Part shown: positions 55,784 to 64,000 of the stretch, piece by piece | How positions within the stretch are numbered: the stretch's first letter is position 1 | Layout of the letters: the number at the start of each line of letters is the position of its first letter | Source: Flavobacteriales bacterium | Lineage (GTDB): Bacteria > Bacteroidota > Bacteroidia > Flavobacteriales > Schleiferiaceae | Assembly: GCA_002707525.1 (NCBI GenBank) | Contig: PAND01000011.1 | Location: 36,934 to 100,933, forward strand | DNA: 64,000 nt | Reading direction: 5' to 3' | Notes under the pieces: model-generated | The model's input: the letters and a program-made list of their open reading frames with translations, nothing else | What the model was told of the DNA's origin: nothing | Database searches by the model: none | Made by a program: the position numbers and the translations under genes

Positions 55784-56191
55784 GTGAAAATTAATTTAGA
55801 ACGAATTGACAGCGGATATGGAATGTTAGCTAAAGCTGGAAGTCATCAAGTATATTTGGATAATTCAGAAGAATTCGGCGGCAAGGATATTGGGTTTCGT
55901 CCAATGCAACTGATGCTTATATCGTTAGCAGGCTGCAGTGCTATAGATATCATTTATATTTTGGAAAAAGGTCGTTATACCATTCGAAACTATTCTTCTG
56001 AAGTTCGTGCGGCTCGTCGCGAGGAGATGCCCAAAATATTTGAGAAAATAGAATTGATAATTACTGTAGATACGGATGCTTCGGATGAAGTTTTAGCGCG
56101 CGCACTGCAATTAACCAAGACTAAATACTGCAGTGCATTTGCAGTTCTTGAAGCTAGCGCTGCAGTCAACCTATCAGTTGTTAGGGGATAA
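55784..56191 (+). CDS. OsmC/Ohr family protein
   Basis: 135 aa with a GTG start. It has the conserved Cys pair in LAGCSAIDI and TKYCSAFAVL. Confidence 0.75.
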   Translation: MKINLERIDSGYGMLAKAGSHQVYLDNSEEFGGKDIGFRPMQLMLISLAGCSAIDIIYILEKGRYTIRNYSSEVRAARREEMPKIFEKIELIITVDTDASDEVLARALQLTKTKYCSAFAVLEASAAVNLSVVRG

Positions 56192-56205
56192 AAGTTAAAA
56201 ATCAA

Positions 56206-56616
56206 TCAATTCGTGAGGCGACAAAGAGAACAAGTTCCTTTTGCTGTAATTTCAATGGTTTCAATCGAAATTTCAGGTATTGAAAGTCCAATTTCATTTT
56301 GTAAATACAAACACTGTACGGAACTACATTCTTTGCATTTAAAGTGCACGTGATTGTGGTTATGCACCTTGGAAGTACAGCTTGAACAAAGAGCATAATA
56401 AGTATCTCCATTCTCTTCTAAAGCCTTGTGAATAAACCCTTTATCTATCATCACTAAAAGTGTTCTATAAAGTGTTGTCCTATCAAATATTGATAGTTTT
56501 TTTTGGAGTTCACTATAGGGTAATGCCTGACGAGATTCACCCATTGCTTCTAGAATCGCTACACGAATTTTGGTAACCTTTAACCCTCTATTTTTTAATA
56601 TGTCTGGTGCATCCAT
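56206..56616 (-). CDS. Fur family transcriptional regulator (metal specificity unknown; Zur-like features)
   Basis: Winged helix LKVTKIRVAILEAMGESRQALPYSELQKKL...DRTTLYRTL, His-rich HNHNHVHF, and two CxxC pairs (CKEC, CSLC). The track start at 56637 is a TTG. The ATG at 56616 lies 2 nt after the TBDR stop. Confidence 0.8.
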   Translation of the reverse strand: MDAPDILKNRGLKVTKIRVAILEAMGESRQALPYSELQKKLSIFDRTTLYRTLLVMIDKGFIHKALEENGDTYYALCSSCTSKVHNHNHVHFKCKECSSVQCLYLQNEIGLSIPEISIETIEITAKGTCSLCRLTN

Positions 56617-56618
56617 AT

Positions 56619-58907
56619 TTAAAAGTTCTGTATCCAACTTAGTGTATAGTTACGTCCTAAGGCGTCCGCAAAGTAGCGTTGACGATTTAAATAATCACGG
56701 TAAATCGTATTGGACATATTTTCAATACCTATGCGAAGCTGAGGTTTCAATTTCCATTTATTGAATGTACTGCTTAAATACAAATTGAAAAGATTGTAGT
56801 CATCTGGCGGCGCTATAAAATCTAAACTAGTATCCCAATTCCACTGCTTAGCTGTATATGTATGTTCAAATTCGACTTTTAGATTCCGCCAATTCTTCCA
56901 CTCGGGTATCTCATATTTAATTCTATGTTGACCGTTTAATGGGGGCATGAAATTTAATGGGAGTTGATCGCTAAGATTTGTGCCGTGTACATAGCTCCAA
57001 TTAGTTTCAAAATCCCAGTATTGTCCCAAAGAATATTTCAGAATAAAATCTGCTCCTAAAAGTTTTGCGTTGCATTGTTCATAGGTATAAACAGGAAAGG
57101 CGCCTCGAATAGTTAGTCTATATTCAGTTTGGGGCTGCAGATATATGTATCCATTTAAAAAATGTGTAAAACCACGAATATCGATATGCAAATTTTTCCC
57201 TGAACGTCCTCTTATTTGAAGGGTTGACTTAAATCCACTCTCTTGGTTCAAATCTGCATTGCCTTCTTCAATACCACTAACACCTTGGTGTAACCCGAAA
57301 GCATAAAGTTCGTTGATTTCCGGCGGACGCTGTTTGAATGAAGTTTCACCGAGGATTTTCCATTTAGGCGTTAGTGTGATGGTGCTGCGACCAATAAAAC
57401 TAATGTGATGAAAGCGATTATTGAAATTCACCACTTCGCGTGGAATAGAATTGGTTAACATGGAAACGTTTCTGTGGGTATAGTCATAGCGACCGCCAAA
57501 GTCAAGCTTGATTTTTGAAAGACGTTTAGAATAATTAATATAAATACCATTGGAATAAGCAACGAAATTGGGGAGCAAAGGCAGTATGCCTGTTTCAGGA
57601 ATATTCGTGTTATTTTTCCCAAGCAGCTGATATCCCAGTTCAATGCATTTATTACCCTTAAATATCAAGTCACTCTGCAGACTGCTTTGCAATAGGCTTA
57701 GGGCAGGTATGTCACTTCGTCCACTGCGCCTTACGTCAAATTCGCGCCGCTGGTTCCGCTGGCCTGCAATATTCCATTCTATCGTGGATGAATTAAATTG
57801 TTTTTTTAAAGTAGACTTGATTAAGTGATGCTGAACCGATTGTTTTGGTGCTTGTATGGCATTTGAGTACAATGAATCCGTGTAAAAGGGGATTTGGCGC
57901 TGAAACGCAGACACTAAATCTGTTAGGTTTCCAATGTGACTGCCTCTAAGTATTCCGAAGTTCGCGCTAAAAAAGTTGAAGTATCCTTGCCACTCTACTC
58001 GATTACCCCATTGCTTTCGTACTTCGGCATTTGCATGCGCCTGCTTAGTTCCAGTATTTTTTAGATAATACTCAGGTGTTTGTCTATCACCCTGTTGTTT
58101 AAGGGTAGTTCCCACTTTCCATTGAAGATTTTTTAACCCTTTAAAAAGTTGAACGTTAAAGGTTCCGCCGCGGCCATTGGATTCTATGGTTGAACGTACT
58201 TTTCCATGAAGATGAGGGTCATAAGGTATATCAAGAGGTGACAGTAAAACAATTCCTCCCATATGCCCCCCTGGATAACGAATTGCAGCTGCACCGCTTA
58301 CTACCGTTAAATTTCCAGCACTATTTATGTCAATCTCAGGGCTATGGTCAATGCCCCATTGTTGTCCTGAATGCAATACGCCATTATTTATGATGGTCAT
58401 TCGATTCCCCGTAAGTCCATGCACCATTGGTATTCCTATATCTGCCCCATTAGAAATTATATTTACTCCTGGAGCACTAGTTAATGTTGCGGCAAGTGAT
58501 TTTTGAGTGTTATTATCAATCGCGTTGAGACCCAATTTATGCTCATTCATAGCATACTCGTGATGGTCATGTACGTCCACTTCGTGCAGCATGTTTTCGT
58601 GATGCTCTATATTTATTTTTACTAGGGTATCCGCAGATAATTCAAGCGCCATGCGCTTGGTGGGACATCCAACATGTTGGATTGTGAGATGGTAAGTACC
58701 TGGACAGAGATTCGTAAAAGAAAATTTCCCTTGAGCATTTGTCCAGAGCTCATTTCCAATTTCAGATATAGATATACTTACATCTGCCATAGGCCGATTG
58801 TCGTGCGAGTCGCTCACATAACCTTGAAGTTGGATATAACAAATTTGGGCGGTCACGGAAAGAGACCACCCAAAAGTGAAAACTAGTATTTTAAGTAGTT
58901 TATTCAA
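56619..58907 (-). CDS. TonB-dependent receptor with CarbopepD-like N-domain and His-rich linker
   Basis: 762 aa with signal MNKLLKILVFTFGWSLSVTAQ and CarbopepD_reg YVSDSHDNRPMADVSISI...FSFTNLCPGTYHL. The His-rich stretch is NIEHHENMLHEVDVHDHHEYAMNEHK. It has plug and barrel regions and ends ...TLSWIQNF. The start codon is TTG and overlaps the upstream lipoprotein stop by 8 nt. Confidence 0.85.
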   Translation of the reverse strand: MNKLLKILVFTFGWSLSVTAQICYIQLQGYVSDSHDNRPMADVSISISEIGNELWTNAQGKFSFTNLCPGTYHLTIQHVGCPTKRMALELSADTLVKINIEHHENMLHEVDVHDHHEYAMNEHKLGLNAIDNNTQKSLAATLTSAPGVNIISNGADIGIPMVHGLTGNRMTIINNGVLHSGQQWGIDHSPEIDINSAGNLTVVSGAAAIRYPGGHMGGIVLLSPLDIPYDPHLHGKVRSTIESNGRGGTFNVQLFKGLKNLQWKVGTTLKQQGDRQTPEYYLKNTGTKQAHANAEVRKQWGNRVEWQGYFNFFSANFGILRGSHIGNLTDLVSAFQRQIPFYTDSLYSNAIQAPKQSVQHHLIKSTLKKQFNSSTIEWNIAGQRNQRREFDVRRSGRSDIPALSLLQSSLQSDLIFKGNKCIELGYQLLGKNNTNIPETGILPLLPNFVAYSNGIYINYSKRLSKIKLDFGGRYDYTHRNVSMLTNSIPREVVNFNNRFHHISFIGRSTITLTPKWKILGETSFKQRPPEINELYAFGLHQGVSGIEEGNADLNQESGFKSTLQIRGRSGKNLHIDIRGFTHFLNGYIYLQPQTEYRLTIRGAFPVYTYEQCNAKLLGADFILKYSLGQYWDFETNWSYVHGTNLSDQLPLNFMPPLNGQHRIKYEIPEWKNWRNLKVEFEHTYTAKQWNWDTSLDFIAPPDDYNLFNLYLSSTFNKWKLKPQLRIGIENMSNTIYRDYLNRQRYFADALGRNYTLSWIQNF

Positions 58908-59445
58908 TAATTACACTTAATGCGATTTCAATATCTGTTTCTCCTCCTGCATTTGTGATGTCGCCGCTGCTCACATCTGTTGCAGATTTATCGGGTTCGT
59001 GACGCAATGTAATCGTAAAAGTTTCATTGGCAGCGTTGCCCGTGGTCAATTCAAAGGATAATCCTATTGGATTCCCGTCATTATCTTGATCAGAATAAGT
59101 AAATGATGACGTACCGTTTGAAGTGAAGAAAAATTGATGATCGCTGGCTTCATCAAAGATCTCAGGGGTAATCTCTTCCGCTGGAGTAACACTTTCGTTA
59201 AACAAGGTGATTGAACCAGAATAAGTGCTATTCGCGGCCAACGTATCTAAAGTAATAACGGGCGCATTTCCTCCATCGCCATCTAAATCTTGGTAATTAA
59301 GACTATAGGTTAGGCCGTTAGATTCTAAGTCAAGATTGACTGTGGTGATTAATTCTTCTTGATTTGGGTCAACTGGGTCGTTGGGCTCACAAGAAAATAA
59401 ACTGATTGCCAAAAGTGAAATTGGCAGGAGTTTTGTTTTTTTCAT
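58900..59445 (-). CDS. Acidic lipoprotein, first gene of the TBDR/Fur operon
   Basis: 181 aa with lipobox LAISLFSC. It is D/E/N/T-rich, with two DxDxDG-like motifs (DLDGDGGN, DQDNDGN). Confidence 0.6.
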   Translation of the reverse strand: MKKTKLLPISLLAISLFSCEPNDPVDPNQEELITTVNLDLESNGLTYSLNYQDLDGDGGNAPVITLDTLAANSTYSGSITLFNESVTPAEEITPEIFDEASDHQFFFTSNGTSSFTYSDQDNDGNPIGLSFELTTGNAANETFTITLRHEPDKSATDVSSGDITNAGGETDIEIALSVIIE

Positions 59446-59461
59446 TATTTCTTATTTTTTA

Positions 59462-59469
59462 CAAATATA
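59462..59469 (-). promoter_or_regulatory. Candidate -7 box (TAnnTTTG) of the lipoprotein-TBDR-Fur operon
   Basis: Plus-strand CAAATATA is TATATTTG on the minus strand, 16 nt upstream of the ATG at 59445. Confidence 0.45.
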
Positions 59470-59475
59470 GACGCA

Positions 59476-59512
59476 AAAACATTAAATGCAACGGTGTTGC
59501 ATTTAATGTTTT
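59476..59512. promoter_or_regulatory. Perfect 17-3-17 palindrome, candidate operator for the adjacent Fur-family regulator
   Basis: AAAACATTAAATGCAAC-GGT-GTTGCATTTAATGTTTT has fully complementary arms. It lies in the divergent intergenic region, immediately upstream of the candidate -7 box of the minus-strand operon. Confidence 0.55.
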
Positions 59513-59558
59513 GTATTTGGCGTAATTATTGACGATTAAACAACAAATAAGTTTTACA

Positions 59559-60332
59559 ATGAAAAAAATAGTATCAATATTTAGCTTGATAATTCTTTCC
59601 TCTTGTGTAGTGGTTAATCCAGGTTATGTTGGGGTAAAATCAACACTTGGTAAGTTAAAACCTCGTGTGTATCAACCAGGTTTAATAAGTGTGAATCCAT
59701 TTCTCACTAGGGTTGTTGTATTGCCCACACGCACAGTTAATCTTGAAGTCAGGCTAAATTTACCTTCCAAAGAAGGGTTAAATGTACTTGCAGAAATTTC
59801 TATTTTATATCATATTGAATCAAATGAAGCACCAAGTGTCATTCAAACTGTAGGTGAGCGCTATGAGGATGTGATGATTCTTTCTGTATTTCGTTCTGCA
59901 GCAGCGGATGTTTGCTCACGTTATATGGCTAAGGATATGCATAGTGGACAAAGATCGGTAATTGAGGATGCGATAAAGAACCACATGGATAGTCTCATTG
60001 CCGATCGAGGGTTTGTGATAGAATCCGTACTAATGAAGTCTATTTCGCTGCCATCTGGCCTTTACGAAGCTATAGAGAGTAAACTTGAGGCAGAGCAGAT
60101 TGCACAACGCATGGAATTTGAATTGGAGCAAGAACGTCTCGAAGCACAACGAAAAAAGATTGAAGCTCAAGGTGTTCGGGATGCACAACAGGTATTGGCA
60201 GAAGGGTTATCTGAAGAAATCATTAAATGGCGTTCACTTGAAGTGCTTGAAAAGCTGAGTGCCTCTCCAAACGCCAAGCTGATCATAACGGATGGTAATA
60301 CGCCAGTTCTTATTTCTGAGGACGGAAAATAA
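59559..60332 (+). CDS. SPFH/Band 7 (prohibitin-like) family lipoprotein
   Basis: I prefer the start MKKIVSIFSLIILSSC (lipobox) at 59559. It has an SPFH core (GYVGVKSTLGKL...) and a C-terminal coiled-coil EAEQIAQRMEFELEQERLEAQRKKIEAQG. Confidence 0.8.
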   Translation: MKKIVSIFSLIILSSCVVVNPGYVGVKSTLGKLKPRVYQPGLISVNPFLTRVVVLPTRTVNLEVRLNLPSKEGLNVLAEISILYHIESNEAPSVIQTVGERYEDVMILSVFRSAAADVCSRYMAKDMHSGQRSVIEDAIKNHMDSLIADRGFVIESVLMKSISLPSGLYEAIESKLEAEQIAQRMEFELEQERLEAQRKKIEAQGVRDAQQVLAEGLSEEIIKWRSLEVLEKLSASPNAKLIITDGNTPVLISEDGK

Positions 60333-60353
60333 GCCTAGATTTAAATGTGGGTT

Positions 60354-60388
60354 AAAAGGCCGAATTCATCATTGAATTCGGCCTTTTT
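60354..60388 (+). terminator. Intrinsic terminator after the SPFH gene
   Basis: aaaa-GGCCGAATTCA-tcat-TGAATTCGGCC-ttttt forms a perfect 11-bp stem with a T-run. Confidence 0.85.
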
Positions 60389-60568
60389 ATTTGCTATTTT
60401 GCACGATTGTTAGTGATTCTTCAATAAAGTGCTTTTTAAATTGTAATAAAAGCTTTGTTGTAATCCTACTGAACGCTTTGAACAAAACTATTTTGATGGT
60501 ATTAATGGTTTTATCTACTTCATCTTAGGCATTAGTAGATTCCCTATGCCAACTATCGACTAAAATTT

Positions 60569-62995
60569 ATGGCTGAAGAATATAATTTCGGAACGAAAAA
60601 AGAAAAAGACACTGAGGTTGGTCTTCGGGACTTCTTGCGAATTGGTTATTTGCTTGTGGCAAGGTGGCCATTCATTTTTGCGAGTATAGTAGTATCGTTG
60701 GCTCTAGCATTTGCGGTGAATAAGTATTCTGTCAATACCTACAAGTTGAGTATGACTGCAGCCGTTGAAGAGTCTGTCAATCCATTGGCTTCTTCAGACA
60801 ATTCTTTAGAATTTGCCTTTTCACTGGGTGGCACGGGAGTTATTGATACAAGAAAGGCCGTACTTACTTCTTTTGCACATAACAATAGAGTGGCCAAGCA
60901 GCTTGGTTGGGAACTTCAGGTTTTTGCTCAAGGTACACTGGGCAGGAGAGAGGCTTATGGTCAGAATTATATAGAAATAGATTGGGATAGAAATCACCCA
61001 CAAATAGGCGGACTTCGATTCGATTTGTTTTTAGCAGAAGATGGGTTAAACATTATAACAGAACAAGAAGGAAAAAACCTAGAGAGTATAGATTACACAA
61101 CTAATACCCAGACGATACTCCCCAAGGAATTAGATTTAGAGGCCGACCTTGGTTTTGTCTCATGGGGACAATGGGTTGAATCTGAATACTACCGTTTTAG
61201 AATATTAAAGGGTTCGGGTTTCAATATTGAGGACGATAGGGCTCGTTCATTCCTCTTTAAATCCTACGATAATGTATCGCAATGGGCTGTCAAAAATCTT
61301 ACTATGCGCAGTGACGAGAGAGACAAATCCTCTTTACTTACCATAGAAATGGAAGGTAATAATCGTCAGAAATTAGCCGATTACCTCAATGCAAGCATAG
61401 CTGAATTACAAGCCTATGAGCTTAGACAGAAAAATCAAATGGCTATCAATACGATTGAATTTATTGATGGGCAATTATTGATTATTGAATCCGCTCTCAA
61501 GGATAGTGAAACGGCATTGGAAGATTTCCGTTCACAAAACTTGATTATTGACTTAAATACTAAGTCGGAACAAATGCTCGAATATTTCATAGCATTGGAG
61601 CAAGAAAAGTCCGCTCTAACATTGAAGCGATCTTTTTACTTATATGTGATCGACTTTTTACAGAATGAACAAAATTTCTCGGGTCTTTCCATACCATCAA
61701 TGGGTGCTTTTGATGACCCCATTGTCATGCAGCTTGCCGAGCAATTAGTTTCAAGTAGCATAGCTTTAGAGCGCGTTCAGCTTACTTTGGAAAGAAATAA
61801 CCCTGCACGAAGAGATTTAGAGAACGAGGTTGCTTATTCTAGGCAAGCTCTGTTAAATGCAACTAATAATGCACTGAGTTCTTCTTACATAGTTTTAAAG
61901 GATGTTAACCAGCGTATTGAAGTTGCAGAGGCAAAGATGTCAAAGTTGCCATCAACAGAACAGCAGCTGATCAATATTCAAAGAAAGTATGAAGTGCGTG
62001 GCGGACAGTATCAGCTACTATTGGAAAAACGCTCTGAAGCCGGAATATTAAGAGCCTCAAATGTTCCAGATACTAAAGTAATCGACCCTGCTGTCAATAG
62101 AGGTCAAAGAGAGATTGCGCCTAATCGGCTTATGAATTACTTAACAGCCCTCTTTTTTGGATTATTTATACCAATTGTAGTTATTCTTTTAATCAATTTA
62201 TTTGACAATAAAATTAAAAGTAAAAGGGATTTAGAGAAAGCCACGATTGTTCCTATAGCTGGTATGATTCCATTATCGGATTACGGCACCAATCTAGTTG
62301 TAATGAACAAATCCAAAAGTTCTATATCTGAGGCTTATCGTTCGCTAAGGACAAAAATAAAATTTATCATGCGCGAGCCTGAAAGTGGAATTGGAATGGT
62401 AATAGGAGTTACTTCATCCATAGGTGGCGAAGGAAAGACGTTCACATCCATAAACCTAGCTTCAGTTCTTGCACTTGGAGGAGATAGCGTTCTTTTGATT
62501 GGAGGAGATATGAGAAAACCAAAAATATTTGACGATTTCGAATTGAGCAATAGTATTGGCCTGTCTTCTTATTTATCCAATCAGACGTCTTGGGAAGAAT
62601 GTATTCAACAAACAAAGTTCGACAATCTCTCCATGTTAAGTGCAGGCCCAATTCCACCAAACCCTTCCGAGCTTATTCAAAGTAAAAATTTCGGGTCGCT
62701 AATCAATAACATTCGAAATAAGTATGATTACATCATAGTGGATAGCCCTCCTATTGGCCTAGTAACGGATGCCTTGCAAATGGAGCCACATTTAGACGGA
62801 TTATTTTACGTTACTCGATTCAATTACACGAATATTGAGAGTATTTCCTTTTTGGATGATCAGTATCGTCAGGGGGAACTGAGCAATGTGGGTTTAATAT
62901 TTAATGGAGTGTCAGCTGGAGGCGGCTACGGTTATGGATATGGCTACGGTTATGGCTACGGCTACGGTTATGGCTACGGTTATTACGATAACTAG
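60569..62995 (+). CDS. Polysaccharide co-polymerase / tyrosine autokinase (Wzc/GumC-like, PCP-2a BY-kinase)
   Basis: 808 aa with two TM segments flanking a large coiled-coil periplasmic region. Walker A is SSIGGEGKTFTSINLA, Walker A' is LLIGGDMRKP, and Walker B is YIIVDSPPIG. The C-terminal Tyr cluster is (GY)10-YDN. Confidence 0.85.
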   Translation: MAEEYNFGTKKEKDTEVGLRDFLRIGYLLVARWPFIFASIVVSLALAFAVNKYSVNTYKLSMTAAVEESVNPLASSDNSLEFAFSLGGTGVIDTRKAVLTSFAHNNRVAKQLGWELQVFAQGTLGRREAYGQNYIEIDWDRNHPQIGGLRFDLFLAEDGLNIITEQEGKNLESIDYTTNTQTILPKELDLEADLGFVSWGQWVESEYYRFRILKGSGFNIEDDRARSFLFKSYDNVSQWAVKNLTMRSDERDKSSLLTIEMEGNNRQKLADYLNASIAELQAYELRQKNQMAINTIEFIDGQLLIIESALKDSETALEDFRSQNLIIDLNTKSEQMLEYFIALEQEKSALTLKRSFYLYVIDFLQNEQNFSGLSIPSMGAFDDPIVMQLAEQLVSSSIALERVQLTLERNNPARRDLENEVAYSRQALLNATNNALSSSYIVLKDVNQRIEVAEAKMSKLPSTEQQLINIQRKYEVRGGQYQLLLEKRSEAGILRASNVPDTKVIDPAVNRGQREIAPNRLMNYLTALFFGLFIPIVVILLINLFDNKIKSKRDLEKATIVPIAGMIPLSDYGTNLVVMNKSKSSISEAYRSLRTKIKFIMREPESGIGMVIGVTSSIGGEGKTFTSINLASVLALGGDSVLLIGGDMRKPKIFDDFELSNSIGLSSYLSNQTSWEECIQQTKFDNLSMLSAGPIPPNPSELIQSKNFGSLINNIRNKYDYIIVDSPPIGLVTDALQMEPHLDGLFYVTRFNYTNIESISFLDDQYRQGELSNVGLIFNGVSAGGGYGYGYGYGYGYGYGYGYGYYDN
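62924..62986 (+). repeat. In-frame hexanucleotide (GGY-TAY) tandem repeat encoding the (GY)10Y tyrosine cluster of the Wzc-like kinase
   Basis: The sequence is ggctac ggttat ggatat ggctac ggttat ggctac ggctac ggttat ggctac ggttat tac. The 12-mer ggctacggttat occurs four times. Confidence 0.9.
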
Positions 62996-63011
62996 ATAGT
63001 TACCTAAAAGC

Positions 63012-64000
63012 ATGAAGAATCAAATTAAACAAGCAGTCAAAAAGGATTCTTTCGGTTCCGATGCTTTGTTGGTTATGATCGTGAAAATTGCCGGTGCTGC
63101 TATGACTATTGCTTTAAGTATCTATGTTACTCGTGTTATTGGCAAGGGGGCATATGGTCTGATTTCATTAGGAAATCAAATTCTAAATTATTCATTGCTT
63201 TTTATTCTTGCCGGTTATAACCAAATCACTACCCGAGAAATAAGTAAAATAAGAGAAGATAAATCTAAAGTGGCATTTTATGCCTCTATGCTTCATCGTT
63301 ATATTTTTTCAAGATCGGCAATGATGATGCTGATATTATTTGCTGCGGCTTACCCTTTGTTTCATGTGTTGTTTGATAGCCCCTCATTTGTGCTGCCTTT
63401 CATCATTTTAGCGATTGGATTAATACCACAGACCGTTTCCAGAGTATTTTCTAGTGTTCTATTGGGGATGAAAAAAGTTTGGCAAGCCAACTTAACCGAG
63501 CAAGCGCTGACAAGTTCCCTATTGCTTGCTTTTTTGTTTTTCTTGAATATAATGGGATTTACTCTAGGTATATACACTGTTGTATCATGCTTTGTAGTAG
63601 CGAGATTTGTGATGTATTTTATTTTTTCAATTTACCTCAAGAAAGGATTAAATCTTAACGTAAGCCTTCGCAATAACAGAAAAGATAAAATCACCGGGCA
63701 ATCAGGATTTGATTCAAAGTTATCTAGACGAAGTTTCTTGATAATTGCGCTTACCTCTTACGCCTATAATACAATAAACTCCTTGGTGTTAGGGTTTACA
63801 TGTTCTCCTGTAGATGTGGGTGTTTTTAATATTCTAATGAAAATTGCCACCCCAATAGCATTTATTTTGATTGCATTTCAGCGTTCCTCAATGCCGAGAA
63901 TAGCAAAGAAATTTGCTGAGGGTGATGTGGAATATTTGAAACAGGCATTCCTTAAAATAGGTTTGTTGGCGGGAGTATTAGGATTTATGTTTTTTCTGCT
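63012..64000 (+). CDS. Oligosaccharide/polysaccharide flippase (Wzx/MOP family), 5' part; continues beyond the window
   Basis: Not in the ORF track because there is no stop in the window. The ATG at 63012 gives MKNQIKQAVKKDSFGSDALLVMIVKIAGAAMTIALSIYVTRVIGKGAYGLISLGNQ... It has multiple TM segments and follows the Wzc-like gene by 16 nt. Confidence 0.6.
   Translation, partial: MKNQIKQAVKKDSFGSDALLVMIVKIAGAAMTIALSIYVTRVIGKGAYGLISLGNQILNYSLLFILAGYNQITTREISKIREDKSKVAFYASMLHRYIFSRSAMMMLILFAAAYPLFHVLFDSPSFVLPFIILAIGLIPQTVSRVFSSVLLGMKKVWQANLTEQALTSSLLLAFLFFLNIMGFTLGIYTVVSCFVVARFVMYFIFSIYLKKGLNLNVSLRNNRKDKITGQSGFDSKLSRRSFLIIALTSYAYNTINSLVLGFTCSPVDVGVFNILMKIATPIAFILIAFQRSSMPRIAKKFAEGDVEYLKQAFLKIGLLAGVLGFMFFL

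Noticed and set aside
59476-59512. The 17-3-17 palindrome as a bidirectional rho-independent terminator
   Set aside because: The flanking genes diverge from this region, so no transcript reads into it from either side. Its position over the -33 region of a candidate promoter, next to a Fur-family gene cluster, fits an operator better.
62924-62986. GGYTAY tandem repeat as a non-coding microsatellite or CRISPR-like array
   Set aside because: It lies in frame at the 3' end of the Wzc-like gene and encodes the expected BY-kinase tyrosine cluster. There are no spacers and no cas genes.
1-64000. Defence systems, prophage, transposons, integrons, CRISPR arrays, and rRNA/tRNA genes
   Set aside because: Scanning the intergenic regions and the ORF list by eye, I found no nuclease/helicase/methylase clusters, phage structural genes, transposases, spaced repeats or cloverleaf-like sequences. 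Intergenic gaps are short and are explained by promoters and terminators. A tRNAscan, Infernal or defence-finder run would be needed to be certain.

Overview
This window looks like dense chromosomal backbone from a Bacteroidota genome, probably Flavobacteriia-like. The evidence is T9SS C-terminal sorting domains, CarbopepD-type TonB-dependent receptors paired with small lipoproteins, TAnnTTTG-type -7 boxes, and a Lacal_2735-type micro-protein. I can support about 52 protein-coding genes, 3 of them absent from the ORF track: partial clpB at the left edge, a partial Wzx-like flippase at the right edge, and two ORFs under 60 aa. Recognisable housekeeping genes are clpB, recR, htpG, fabH, hutI/hutG plus a glutamate formimidoyltransferase, aroC, rplS, ndk, xerD, aroQ, a phosphosugar mutase, a 2-oxoacid dehydrogenase E2, and aldehyde and alcohol dehydrogenases. 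Envelope and accessory content includes two ~1590-aa T9SS cargo proteins built from MAM-like modules (one is an S8 subtilase) and two TonB-dependent receptor modules. It also includes a cluster of three PPIase genes (two are cyclophilin-FKBP fusions), a putative lipoamino-acid (glsA/glsB-like) acyltransferase pair, and the start of a polysaccharide locus (Wzc-like BY-kinase with a (GY)10 tail, then Wzx). By eye I found no rRNA, tRNA, CRISPR array, transposase, prophage or recognisable defence island, and I cannot honestly claim a clearly novel system. The two best candidates for follow-up are described next. First, a translationally coupled module of an LmbE/PIG-L fusion protein, an unannotated 37-aa membrane micro-ORF and an SSS transporter. 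Second, a lipoprotein, His-rich TonB receptor and Fur-family regulator operon preceded by a perfect 17-3-17 palindrome over its promoter. All calls rest on motif recognition by eye and on the supplied ORF track; no searches or computations were run.
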